This document shows, piece after piece, positions 12,901 to 24,020 of a stretch of 64,000 nucleotides of DNA. Under the pieces are notes generated by a model. The model saw only the letters and a program-made list of their open reading frames with translations, searched no databases and was not told the origin of the DNA. Both the position numbers and the translations under genes were made by a program. This stretch comes from Asterias rubens (taxonomy: Eukaryota), in the NCBI RefSeq assembly GCF_902459465.1, contig NC_047079.1, positions 7,874,001-7,938,000 of the forward strand, in the 5' to 3' direction. Each line of letters opens with the position of its first letter. The first letter of the stretch is position 1.

Positions 12901-15900
12901 TTTCAATTGAAGGGCCACTTTATTATTGTTGAATGACATTTTAACAATAAATTCTAATATTTACAACACAACAAAAAGATACCCAAAAACATTTGAGACA
13001 ATAAAGTGTTAACTCCTTTTTTGTGTCCGGATTTTTGTATATTTAGTACATAAATAACCGAGTTTATTGAGAATTTGTCTGCAAAAATTAGCCATAGAAT
13101 GTGTTGATATACGTCATTTATATCACTTGTTGTTAGGTGTTGGGTCTGTTCATCTTCAATCAACCAGACCAGTGGTCACTTCTTCTTGCTCTGACTGGTG
13201 TATTCTCAGGAGTAGAGATTCTAACTTTACCATTCTGTCCTGAGAGTCCAAGATGGTTACTCCTCAATAAGAACCAACCGGAGAAATGCCGTGCAGGTAA
13301 GTTACAATCACCAAGTGGCTCCGTGTATCCATGTGACAAATCTGACCTGAACTTGACCGTATGTCAGAGGTTAGCGAGTAACATTCTAAACTTAGACAGT
13401 TTAAATGAGGGGAATGAATGAAATATTGTGATATTTTGATGCAACTTTCTTCAAATTACAAGAGAATTGAAATGTAAAGTATTGATTGATTAGTTAATCT
13501 GCCAGTGAGCAGGGGTTGGATATTGGAAGCGCTTTGAGATGCCATTGGGGTGTGAGAAGCGCTAATAAAAATCAGTTATTATTATTACTAAAATGAAACA
13601 ACCAAAAAAGACCTATGGTATTGTTTCAAAACAAATAGTTAACAGCCTGAAGTTTCAACCCTGGCAGTCTTTCTTGAAGGCTAAAAGTTTACTAAGAAAT
13701 TGTTTCTAAACCTGTAAGCGGCGAACGGCGACCGGGAGAATATAGTTCCACAACAGTGGGTGTAACAAGAGAGGGAACATGAGTTGGAGCCCCACCCCCC
13801 CCCCAACCCCCAAACATTACACGAGAAAAAGTCAAGTATTAATTCGGCTAATGAACTAAGTGATTGACAAATGTTTAATTGTTGTCTCTTCTTTGAAGCT
13901 TTGGTCAAGCTTAGAGGTGATGATGATGTCGATGACGAAGTAGCCGAGATGAAGGAAGAAGCTCAGAAAGAGTCCTCAACACAGAAGGTGAGACACCCAA
14001 ATTCGTAGGAATTGATGTTCAGAGAAGTTCGTAATTTAAATCTTACATCTGGATCAGGAAACTATAATGGATGAACTTGTTTTAACGAATTAACCTATAT
14101 TGGAACCTCAATCCCTCTCCCTTCTTGTTAGGTTGGCATGTGGTCCGTTCTTACATTGAAAGATAAAACCTGGAAGATGCCTCTGATTATTAGCGTAATG
14201 CTTCACGCTGCACAACAACTCTCTGGAATCAATGCCGTAAGTTTATCTCTTTGATCTTAAAGCTGGTTTTGGGTGTGCAATGATAACCAGTTTCTTCTCT
14301 TATTTTATTGACAGTTTTTACTAATTGATTAATACACCTGTTACTTTATTTCTCAAACAGGTGATGTTCTACGTCACCATAATCTTCGAGCAAACAGGAA
14401 TGTCAGCAGAGGAGGTATCCTATGCTACAATCGGAGTGGGAGGAATCAACGTTCTCATGACAATTGTTTCCGTGAGCATACGATTTTAGGCGGGAAAACT
14501 AGCTAAACTAGCTAGACTTAAGTGGGGGGGGGGGGGGGGGGGGGGGCAGAGGTATGGTCACTCTTCTAATGACTGGGTTGGGCTATATCAGGAGTCAGGA
14601 TACTATGCAAATGGATTTAAGAACCTTTTAACCTATTGCATCAAAGTGCATTACACTATTCCTGAAATAGTCTTCACTCCTATGGAGTATGCAGCACCGA
14701 CAGCCAAATGAAAGTGCAGATTGCTCATCGCTCACATGATTCATAATAACTACCAAGTAGTAATTTACTCCTGTGTGATGACAAGCAGTTCTAGTTAAGT
14801 GTCTTGCTCAAGGACACAAGTGTGTCAACCGGGATTCGAACCCACACTCTGATGGGTTCACTATCAGAAGTTGAGTCTGATGCATTCTACCACGACACAC
14901 AAAAACTAGTGTGCAAGGACCCTGGGAATTATGAATCAAATGAAAACTCTGAAATAAACTTTAAAAAACAGTCACAATGGGATTAACAAATTGGGCAGAA
15001 ACATCCTGTAAAACAAAGAACAACAAAGCACAGGTCATTCTACCAGAATCTGTAGTTACTTCGACGTTTGTTTATTTTTTTTTATTTTCACAACATATAT
15101 CTTTCTTGCTGTTATATCAAGGTGTTTATTGTTGAGCGTGCAGGGCGTCGCATCTTGCTGCTCTATCCATTCGGATTGATGGTTCTCTTTACTGGTTTAC
15201 TGACAGTATCCCTCAATCTTCAGGTTAGTTTTCTAAAAGTAGCAAATCACCTTTTGATCTTAAGCCCTTTTCACACTGAATCTTTTACCCCCATGAAACA
15301 TAGCCCTGGGGAAGCCTAGAACTGTTTTTATCCCCCAGTTAACCCAGCGTACTTTAACAATGTGTCCCTATTTCAAGAGGTTCTAGTTTCACGTTTCAAG
15401 AATACCCAGGGATTTTACCGCTTACCCCTACTCTAGAGCAGGGATGACTTATTCCCCGGGGTACCAGGTATGAAAAGGCTGGCCGTTATTCCCCCCGAGG
15501 GCAACCCCTGGGAATGGAGTAGTGTGAACAGGACTTTAGATACGATCCCTGAACTTGAAGGGTTATCCACTTGGGACTAATCATACCTTGAATCATGATT
15601 GAAATCATGTCTGTCAACTGAACAAACTAAATGTTTGGGCACAACCAGTCTGTCCAGCTTCACTGGAATGTAAAGAAGTGTCTCTGAAAACATCCTAAAA
15701 TCTAGAAATATCATAGGCTTACCCTTTTCCAACAGCTGAAAAAATACAATATCCTTAAGGTTTGACTATAGAATCAGAACTATACAGAGTACTACTTATC
15801 AAAATTATGACAAACAAACATAATTACCTACAGAAACAAGATTTGGTTTTGGTCAACAAACATCAACCTTAAAATGTTACCCTTTATGGTATTTTTTTAA

Positions 15901-18343
15901 GGTTAAACAATCATTTCAGTGTCTCTGTAGACCTCATACCTTGATTAAAATCCAGCTGCTAAGGTTCATAAAAACACTTGTTACTATCTACTTTAGAAAC
16001 TCTCCAAAGAATTGCATTGTTAAGCAGCGACAAAATAATACTTTCCGCCACAAAACTTAGCACTAAACAAACTGAAGTTCACTAGCAATCAAGAATACAG
16101 ATTCTCAATATACAAAAAGGAAACCAGTCTATTCAAATGGTTGTCTTTGAAGAGAGCTTACTGGAATAAAGTCAGGGCCCAATTTCATAGAGCTGCTTAA
16201 GCAAAAAAAAAAAACTAAGCACAACCAAATCATGCTAACCAGAATAAAGGTTACCAGCCAAAATACCATGTTACATGTACAATTTGAGAATGGTATCCTG
16301 CTCATTATTGCTAAGCAGAGCATTGTTTATGCTAATATGCTAAAGCAACTCTATGAAATACGGCCCTGTTTACACGACCCAATGTTCACCTTGTTCACAT
16401 CAATACAAGCACACATACAAGGTAGTATGTCACCGCTGGCCGGCCATGCAGTCCTCTTCCGGTTAAGTCATGTCTGATTTGAGAGCGCTGTACTGAACAC
16501 CCTGATCCATCTTACTATTCACAGGACTACTGTCAGAATCAGAACTCTGTAAAGATAAAGATGATAGATTGATCATCTAAATATTACTTCCCTTTTCCAT
16601 TAATTGACATTATTATTAGTCTAAAGGAATGGACAGGAAAGAAGGGTTAGCTAGAGCTTTGTATTGAGAAAGTTGTGACATGGAAGGACCAGTTTCCTTT
16701 GGTCTTGTGTTTGCTGGCTGTGATTTTAAATCCAAATGTAGCACAGCCTAATGTGCAGTCTAGTCTGGCACCCTGTGCGCACATGCATTTTTGGGGCTGA
16801 AAATTGCCTTTAATCATAAGTTGTCGTGCAACTCTCTCATTACGCATGCTCTGTATCCAGACACTGTAACTCTAATGTAATTCTCTCATTACGCATGCTC
16901 TGTATCCAGACACTGTAACTCTAATGTAACTCTCTCATTACGCATGCTCTGTATCCAGACACTGTAACTCTAATGTAACTCTCTCATTACGCATGCTCTG
17001 TATCCAGACACTGTAACTCTAATGTAACTCTCTCATTACGCATGCTCTGTATCCAGACACTGTAACTCTAATGTAACTCTCTCATTACGCATGCTCTGTA
17101 TCCAGACACTGTAACTCTAATGAAACCTTAGTACAGGTCATGACCCTTATTTATTATTAATATATTCTTATTTGTATTGACAGGACTCGTTTGATTGGAT
17201 GAGATGGCTGAGCTTGGCCTTTATCTTCTTGTACATTATTTCATTTGCTATTGGACCTGGTAAGTGATGAGTCAGCAGTTTCTTTTTCCTCTTGTACATT
17301 ATTTCATTTGCTATTGGACCTGGTAAGTGATTAGTCCGCACTTTCTTTTACCCCTTGTACATTATTTCATTTGCTATTGGACCTGGTAAGTGATGAGTCA
17401 TCAATTTCTTTTTCCTCTTGTACATTATTTCATTTGCTATTGGACCTGGTAAGTGATGAGTCAGCCGTTTCTTTTCCTTCATAACTAGCTCTGGTCAGAC
17501 TGGAACTCCAACCTTCACTCTGTTGGGCAGAAACACCAAAGCTCGAGTCCGGTGCGCTTAACAGCTCGACTATGACACAACACAGCATGTAGGGATAAAT
17601 AGACTTGACAACTTATGAGCATACAGACTGCTAATACTGAGTAGCAATCGATGATATTTGAGTAGCGACTGGTAAGAATTCATGTTGCATTAGATTCCAT
17701 ACAAGAGAAGTTATTCCTATGTCTAATTGATTAATCCACTTTGTATTTTGCCAGGACCTATCCCTTTTGTGATTGTCCCCGAGTTGTGGGCCCAGGGTCC
17801 CCGCCCATCTGCCATGTCTATTTCTGTCCAAGTCAACTGGTGGTGCAACTTTGTTGTTGGTCTGACCTTCCAGTTTATCCAGGTAAGTCAAATTAGTTGA
17901 TCCCTGTTGTGTGATCCACAATGTGTGGTTAGTTGATCCACAGTGTGTGGATACCATCCATCAATACAGCATGGTGGAAAGTTACTGTTTAGTTCTGTAT
18001 TTTAATAAAGAACTGGCATCTATATTAATGCAAACCAATACATTGATACCTCACAATGCAATGTCTAAAATCTTACATCCTTAAAATAGTTTGTCACTTT
18101 AATGTTATGTATTTATCATTTATTTCTTGTTCTTGTTATCTTATTTTCTAGTCTGGCATCGGAGCTTATACATTCCTGGTCTACATGGCTTTCCTGATCT
18201 TAAGTACCATCTTCATATTTTTCTTTGTTCCTGAGACAAAGAACAGGACATTTGAAGACATCTCTTCTAGTTTTGGAAAGAAACACGAGGTCAACCAAAA
18301 TGAGTATGAACTGCAGGGTTCCAACAAGAGAGATCAGTTGTGA
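6927..18343 (+). CDS. Facilitated hexose transporter (SLC2A/GLUT family, MFS sugar porter), paralogue 1; 506 aa, 13 exons
   Basis: Exons: 6927-6974, 8619-8720, 10810-10970, 12190-12320, 12607-12722, 13137-13296, 13899-13987, 14132-14236, 14361-14471, 15122-15223, 17184-17259, 17755-17882, 18152-18343. All introns are GT-AG with consistent phases; total 1521 nt. Motifs: [60 protein letters not shown]. Exon 1 is the least certain; an alternative in-frame ATG lies at 8574. Confidence 0.95.
8100..8573 (+). promoter_or_regulatory. Probable alternative (intronic) promoter of GLUT paralogue 1
   Basis: CpG-richer patch with palindromes TCTCGCGAGA (8115-8124, BANP/ZBTB33-type motif) and GCGCATGCGC (8325-8334, NRF1 motif), upstream of an in-frame ATG at 8574. 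Confidence 0.5.
11090..11224. mobile_element. MITE, 135 bp, about 34-bp terminal inverted repeats
   Basis: GGATAACTTTCCGTATGGCGCCACCACTTTTTCA ... TGAAAAAGTGGTGGCGCCATACGGAAAGTTATCC. Confidence 0.85.
11551..11701. mobile_element. Foldback (fully palindromic) MITE-like element
   Basis: Arms acaaatattgactgc..ggttaaaactatgactccctcggtgatcccc..agcgttctatt and its reverse complement, centred near 11626. Confidence 0.8.
14794..14900 (-). mobile_element. tRNA-derived SINE fragment with CORE-like segment
   Basis: Reverse strand shows B box GGTTCGAATCCC followed by GTGTCCTTGAGCAAGACACTTAAC; related copies lie near 17485-17580, 54680-54830, 58030-58460 and 59690-59760. Confidence 0.75.
15264..15534. 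mobile_element. Decayed MITE (Harbinger-like ends)
   Basis: Imperfect TIRs GCCCTTTTCACACT ... AGTGTGAACAGGAC, with internal CCCC/GGGG-rich inverted motifs. Confidence 0.5.
16173..16368. mobile_element. MITE, PIF/Harbinger-like
   Basis: TIRs CAGGGCCCAATTTCATAGAGCTGCTT ... AAGCAACTCTATGAAATACGGCCCTG; related copies at 29096-29300 and a partial at about 25880-25945. Confidence 0.8.
16832..17122. repeat. 49-bp minisatellite, about 6 near-identical copies
   Basis: ctctcattacgcatgctctgtatccagacactgtaactctaatgtaact starting at 16834, 16883, 16932, 16981, 17030 and 17079. Confidence 0.95.
17228..17479 (+). repeat. 63-bp tandem repeat x4 spanning the 3' end of GLUT paralogue 1 exon 11 and its splice donor
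   Basis: cttgtacattatttcatttgctattggacctg|gtaagtgat... with GT positions at 17260, 17323, 17386 and 17449. Confidence 0.95.
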
Positions 18344-20577
18344 ACTGACCCAAATAATGTATCAGAATAGATTAAACAGTAAAATACAAGAACCACATTT
18401 GTGTGTGTGTGTCACTCAAACTGGAGACTTTAAACAAAGGAACAAAGTATACGATTGCTATCACATAGGAAAACAATAGGGTCCATTTTTGTCTGTGGGT
18501 CCACAGTCACTCAGTCTTGTCTGACGATAAAACTCATCTTTTTATCATTCAATGAGTCAGTTTTGTTTTAATTCAAATTTGTTTTTTAAGTAATATTAAG
18601 TGCCTCGAAAACAAGATTTGCAGTGGAGATATTTATACATTTCTCTGTTGTTTGTCATGGTGTTTTTGTAAGACAAATTAAACAATTTGGAATGTTGCAG
18701 TAATTTGTAGATATGTTTAATCAGGTTAAATCTAGTCTCTAGAAATAGTCTCTTTATATTGATGCATAAATTCTGTGTTGGAATCAACTGAAGTTGTGTC
18801 CGAAGTGACTTCGGCTTCGGCTGCAATGTTAACGAAAGCCTAGCTACAGCTATTGGCTACAGCTATTGGCTACAGCTATTGCCTAAGTCAACAATGTTGA
18901 AGAAGCCTTGTCATCATCCAGCCACAGCCACTGGACTGGCTCCCAGTAACCCATTGCCAACTCTAAAGAAGATGGGTTGCAAGAGACAAATGACCAACAG
19001 GGTACCAGGCAATAGATGACAGGCCAAAAAGAAGTTGATTCAGAAGTGTAGTTAGAATAAATAAAAGTGGAATAAATGTATTTTTGAATTGAAAAGAATT
19101 CTTCTGAAAAAAGTTGTTTTTGGAATTGCTAAAATTGATAGACTTAAAAAAATGTCAGCACACACATTTGATGTATTTTAAGGGATTGTAGTAAACAATG
19201 GTATGATAAGAAAAGATTTGTCAAAAACATTTATGATGGATGTCTACACAAGATTGAATACAACACCGAGGTGCTACAACTGGTTATATTATCGATTAAA
19301 CTCAGTACATTTTTAGCTCATTGTGTTTTTGCTGTGTATGTGAGAGTGGTTCTTAAAATTAGACTAAAAGCTAGAGCGGTGTACACTTGACTTAAGTTCT
19401 TTACAAGTTTGAATGTCTAAGGATATCAACTTTGTGACAACAACCTTACAGACCATTTCGTGTTGGGTTTTCTACTTTCGAATTACTGTTCAATGCAAAA
19501 TGTGCTCTTTTATTACTAAGCATAGTAATAGTAACATCTGTATAAATTTCTATGTGATTTTTTGAATACGGCTTTTCTTTCTCATTACAATTCATATCTG
19601 TAAATATTATAATCTGTTCGTGTTTTGTTTTCTCCCTTTGTTCCAATGTTAGATTTGTAAATATTTTAAATAATACCACAATTATAAAGCTTTTAAGTGT
19701 ATATGGCTATCGTTATGGCTATGGCTACGGCTATGGCTATGGCTACGACTATGGCAAATGGCTGTTGTCTGAAGCAATAATGAAGAAGGGCTTTTGATTG
19801 TCTAGCCAAAATGCTTTGTAAAGCCTTTACTGTGGGCACAAGTGGCATTGGCTAAGGCTACTGCCTTGGCTGTAGAAACAGTGAGAATTGGGCCTTTTCA
19901 GTATCTAGCCATAGTCATTTAATTAAAGCCATTATTTTGAGTTCAGCCTCTGATTCAAACCCTTGATACCAAAATGAGGCTTGAAGTGCAAAATCTGGCT
20001 ACTTTTTCATGTACTGATAGTTTTGTAATTTTGTCCTTCCAAGTGAAAAATAAGAGTACTTGAATTAGAGTGATTTTTTAAAAAGTACTATAAATCAAGT
20101 CTAATAAATGAAATTGAAATAGTTACAAATGAAATAATTTAGGTAATTGAACATTGTTATCATATTTTAAGAATGGCTGACATTGCAAGTAAAAGTGAAC
20201 TTTAAAATTTCAAACATTTAAAATTTCAAACATTTAAAATGCCTTTTCCCCATCTTTTTGAGTCGGAAGTGTTTATGTTTATCTTGATATTTGTGATCAG
20301 TAGTGGTATACAAAATTGTCATGCTGATAAGAAATATTGTTTCCTTCTTCCAACCATGATACAAACAATGTAATCACTCCTACTCATGCATTTACTACAA
20401 GATGTCATATTGCAGGCTGGTATGGTTAATCTACCCTTCAGAACCACAGTGGAGGATATTGAATGGTCCAACAGTAGGAGGGTTAATAGTCAACAAGCAG
20501 CCTGTATTAACTAGACATACAAACAAACAGCACAGCAGATTGTATTCAGAAATTCTATTTAGAAAGCAAGAGATTAA

Positions 20578-20949
20578 AGGCAGTGGACACTGTTGGTAAT
20601 TGTCAAAGACCAGTCTTCTCACTTGGTGTATTTCAAATGCATAACAAAAAAACCTGTGAAAATTTGAGCTCAACTGGTCTTCGACGTTGCGAGATAATTA
20701 TGAAAGAAAGAATACCTTGTCGCCTGAAGTTATGTGCTTTCAGATGCTTGATTTCATACCTCAAATTCAAAATTTGAGCTCTCAAAATCAAATTCACGGA
20801 AAATTACTTATTACTTGAAAACTACATCACTTCAGAGGGAGTCATTCCTCACAATGTTTTATACTATCAACCTCTCCCCATTACTCGTTACCAAGTGAGT
20901 TTTTATGCTAATAATTATTTTGAGTAATTACCAATAGTGTCCACTGCCT
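20578..20949. mobile_element. Non-autonomous DNA transposon (Kolobok-like: TTAA target, AG...CT ends), 372 bp
   Basis: TTAA|AGGCAGTGGACACT ... AGTGTCCACTGCCT|TTAA. Confidence 0.9.
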
Positions 20950-22303
20950 TTAACAACAAAACAGCAAGAGTAAATAAAAATTGGCTACAGAGCATGCAAT
21001 ACATACAGTGATATGGTTTATTATAAACATAGAACAGCCACATGCATATATTGGTTAACAGTAAACAGTAGTAGATAAATAATCACAGTGCTTTGTTAAT
21101 AATAGTATTAATCCACCGCATTAATATCACAAAAGCAAATAAGTGTTATTTGACAAAGAAGCCAAAGAAAGACAAATGTGATGCGATCAAGCAAAATGAA
21201 TCCTTTGTCAACCTAGGTCATACAATTTTGATATCGCCTTTATTGCACAAGATTCAAACCACTCGTTCAGCTGGATTGCATCACAAATAATTAAGTGCAG
21301 CATTAGATTTTTTAAATATACAAATATTGACACAGTTACCTTATAAAAAACAATCACTTAAGTTTTGTAAAATATATACATTTTTTATATTTAGGTCTTG
21401 AATAACTTTGTTCTGTTAATATAGTCCACACAACTTTCCCCCAAAAAGCAAACCTCCCCAAACATTTTTTTTTGCATAACAAAAAAACCTGTGAAAATTT
21501 GAGCTCAACTGGTCTTCGAAGTTGCGAGATAATTATGAAAGAAAGAATACCTTGTCGCCTGAAGTTATGTGCTTTCAGATGCTTGATTTCATACCTCAAA
21601 TTCAAAATTTGAGCTCTCAAAATCAAATTCACGGAAAATTACTTATTACTTGAAAACTACATCACTTCAGAGGGAGTCATTCCTCACAATGTTTTATACT
21701 ATCAACCTCTCCCCATTACTCGTTACCAAGTGAGTTTTTATGCTAATAATTATTTTGAGTAATTACCAATAGTGTCCACTGCCTTTAACAACAAAACAGC
21801 AAGAGTAAATAAAAATTGGCTACAGAGCATGCAATACATACAGTGATATGGTTTATTATAAACATAGAACAGCCACATGCATATATTGGTTAACAGTAAA
21901 CAGTAGTAGATAAATAATCACAGTGCTTTGTTAATAATAGTATTAATCCACCGCATTAATATCACAAAAGCAAATAAGTGTTATTTGACAAAGAAGCCAA
22001 AGAAAGACAAATGTGATGCGATCAAGCAAAATGAATCCTTTGTCAACCTAGGTCATACAATTTTGATATCGCCTTTATTGCACAAGATTCAAACCACTCG
22101 TTCAGCTGGATTGCATCACAAATAATTAAGTGCAGCATTAGATTTTTTAAATATACAAATATTGACACAGTTACCTTATAAAAAACAATCACTTAAGTTT
22201 TGTAAAATATATACATTTTTTATATTTAGGTCTTGAATAACTTTGTTCTGTTAATATAGTCCACACAACTTTCCCCCAAAAAGCAAACCTCCCCAAACAT
22301 TTT
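20638..22303. repeat. Near-perfect 835-bp tandem duplication
   Basis: 20638-21468 recurs at 21473-22303; the ORF track shows identical ORFs at 21093 and 21928. Confidence 0.95.
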
Positions 22304-22384
22304 CTCAGAAGTAGACACACACATGGTGTTATCACAAACCAGATATATCAATATCTAACCATGCAATACCCCAAATCCCATTAA

Positions 22385-22741
22385 AGGAACACAATGCCTT
22401 GGATCGGACGAGTTGGTCTATAAAAAGCGTTTGTAACCGTTTGTTATAAAATGCATATGGATAGAAAGATCTTTTAAAAGTAGAGTACAATGATCCACAC
22501 AAATTTGCCTCTAAATTGCGTGGTTTTCCTTTTACTCTAACACGGTCGGCCAAACTTGACTCCCATAAATGGCCGACCGTGTTAGTCGACGATGTAAAAG
22601 GAAAACTGTGCAATTTCGAGGCATGTTTGTGTGGATCATTCTCTACTTTTAAAACATCTTTCTAACCATTTGCATTTTATAAAAAACGGTTACAAAAGCT
22701 TTTTATAGACCAACTCGTCCGATCCAAGGCAACGTGTTCCT
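22385..22741. mobile_element. Foldback MITE with TTAA target duplication (Kolobok-like), 357 bp
   Basis: TTAA|AGGAACACAATGCCTTGGATCGGACGAGTTGGTCTATAAAAAGC ... GCTTTTTATAGACCAACTCGTCCGATCCAAGGCAACGTGTTCCT|TTAA; inverted symmetry extends almost to the centre. Confidence 0.9.
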
Positions 22742-23742
22742 TTAACTTGTTGCTAAACTCTGTACATAATGTACAATCTGGTACAGACTATGTACATTCT
22801 GCACTCATACTGATTTTGAAAAAAAAGGGCACTTCGGAGCTTCTTATTGTCCCTTTTTTGTTTGGTCTTTTTTTTATATATACATATTTTTTTTTAAATC
22901 TCTCCTCAATCAAATGAAAACAGCCCCATCAGTTTTATAGACACTTTTCAAGTGGGTTCCTATTAGCTTCTTTTGTTATAGTTCTGAATGTGTGCTACCT
23001 AGGCTTGCCCATGTACATAAAGTCAAAAGTTTACTATATGTCTCGTGTGCTAGTGCTATCAACCCCTAACTGCCACCCCCCCCCAATCTTTTATTATTCA
23101 TCAGTCAAGATTTCAACAAAACAGAAAATATGAGATACTATAAAACGGACTGTTCAAAAACATTCTTTATAAAAATTAGAAGGTAATAAGTACACAGTAA
23201 GAGAACATAAAGCAGGAATGTCAGGCCTTTAAGGTAGGGTACAAGCATTGAGAAATGAATGTATAAAAACAAGTCCATGTGACAGACTTAAGAATTGCAG
23301 AAATTAAGTTTGTTAGTCAGTCTCACACTTAAATAGTTGTCTTATGGAACAAATTTATGTAATCCGATTCATAAGATTTTTAACAAAATGGTACAAAAAA
23401 CGATATTTGTATTTGCCTTGTTATATGGTGATTTAAGTTTTTATAATTGAATTAAATGAAAGAGTACTTTCTAATCTGATGCTGTAACTTGTTTAGATTT
23501 AACAGAGTAAGAATGCAAAGTGATTAATAGACCAACAAAACAAACATTGTACTTTACCTTAATGGCTCAACAATCAGAACAGAAATAAAACACTAAATTA
23601 AAGTGCAAGACATCATGCAGTTTGCTCACAGAAATAAATCAGCAAATTAAAGTGCAAGCCAACATGCAGAGTTCATACAGCAGAAGCGGATAAAAGAAAA
23701 CTCAACTTAACAACATATGATACAAAACAAGAAGAAAATAGT

Positions 23743-23875
23743 AGTCGCCAAGGTCTTAAAAGGCCATTTAAAACCAGCAGAGTTGAGGCCATGCGTCAAA
23801 GACCGAGCCTTTTCGCTTTGCAACAACAACTCTTTTAAACACTTTAAATGGCTGTTTAAGACCTTGTCGCTGACT
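23743..23875. mobile_element. Small inverted-repeat element downstream of the GLUT paralogue 2 stop codon
   Basis: cgccaaggtcttaaaaggccatttaaa ... tttaaatggctgtttaagaccttgtcgc. Confidence 0.6.
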
Positions 23876-24020
23876 CTTGAGTTAATGTCCAATCACAAAT
23901 GCACCATTAAGTACAAAGCACAATAATAAAGGAAAAGCTGCATTTATTTTAGAAGGATGTGTTGAAAAGCTGAGCTGCTTCGAAACTAAATGTCTTGAAA
24001 TATTAGGAAAGGAAAACAAA

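Noticed and set aside
3365-14546. Long poly-C and poly-G tracts (3365, 6467, 14523)
   Set aside because: Simple homopolymers with no flanking structure; lengths are unreliable in assemblies.
16832-17479. Regular short repeats resembling CRISPR arrays (also 55521-56376 and 61059-61432)
   Set aside because: No unique spacers, eukaryotic intronic or intergenic context, and no cas genes.
18836-19920. (GGCTAT/GCTACA)n runs at about 18840-18880 and 19700-19760
   Set aside because: Low-complexity remnants with no clear termini or ORF.
21093-22125. Two identical 65-aa ORFs
   Set aside because: By-product of the 835-bp duplication of AT-rich non-coding DNA.
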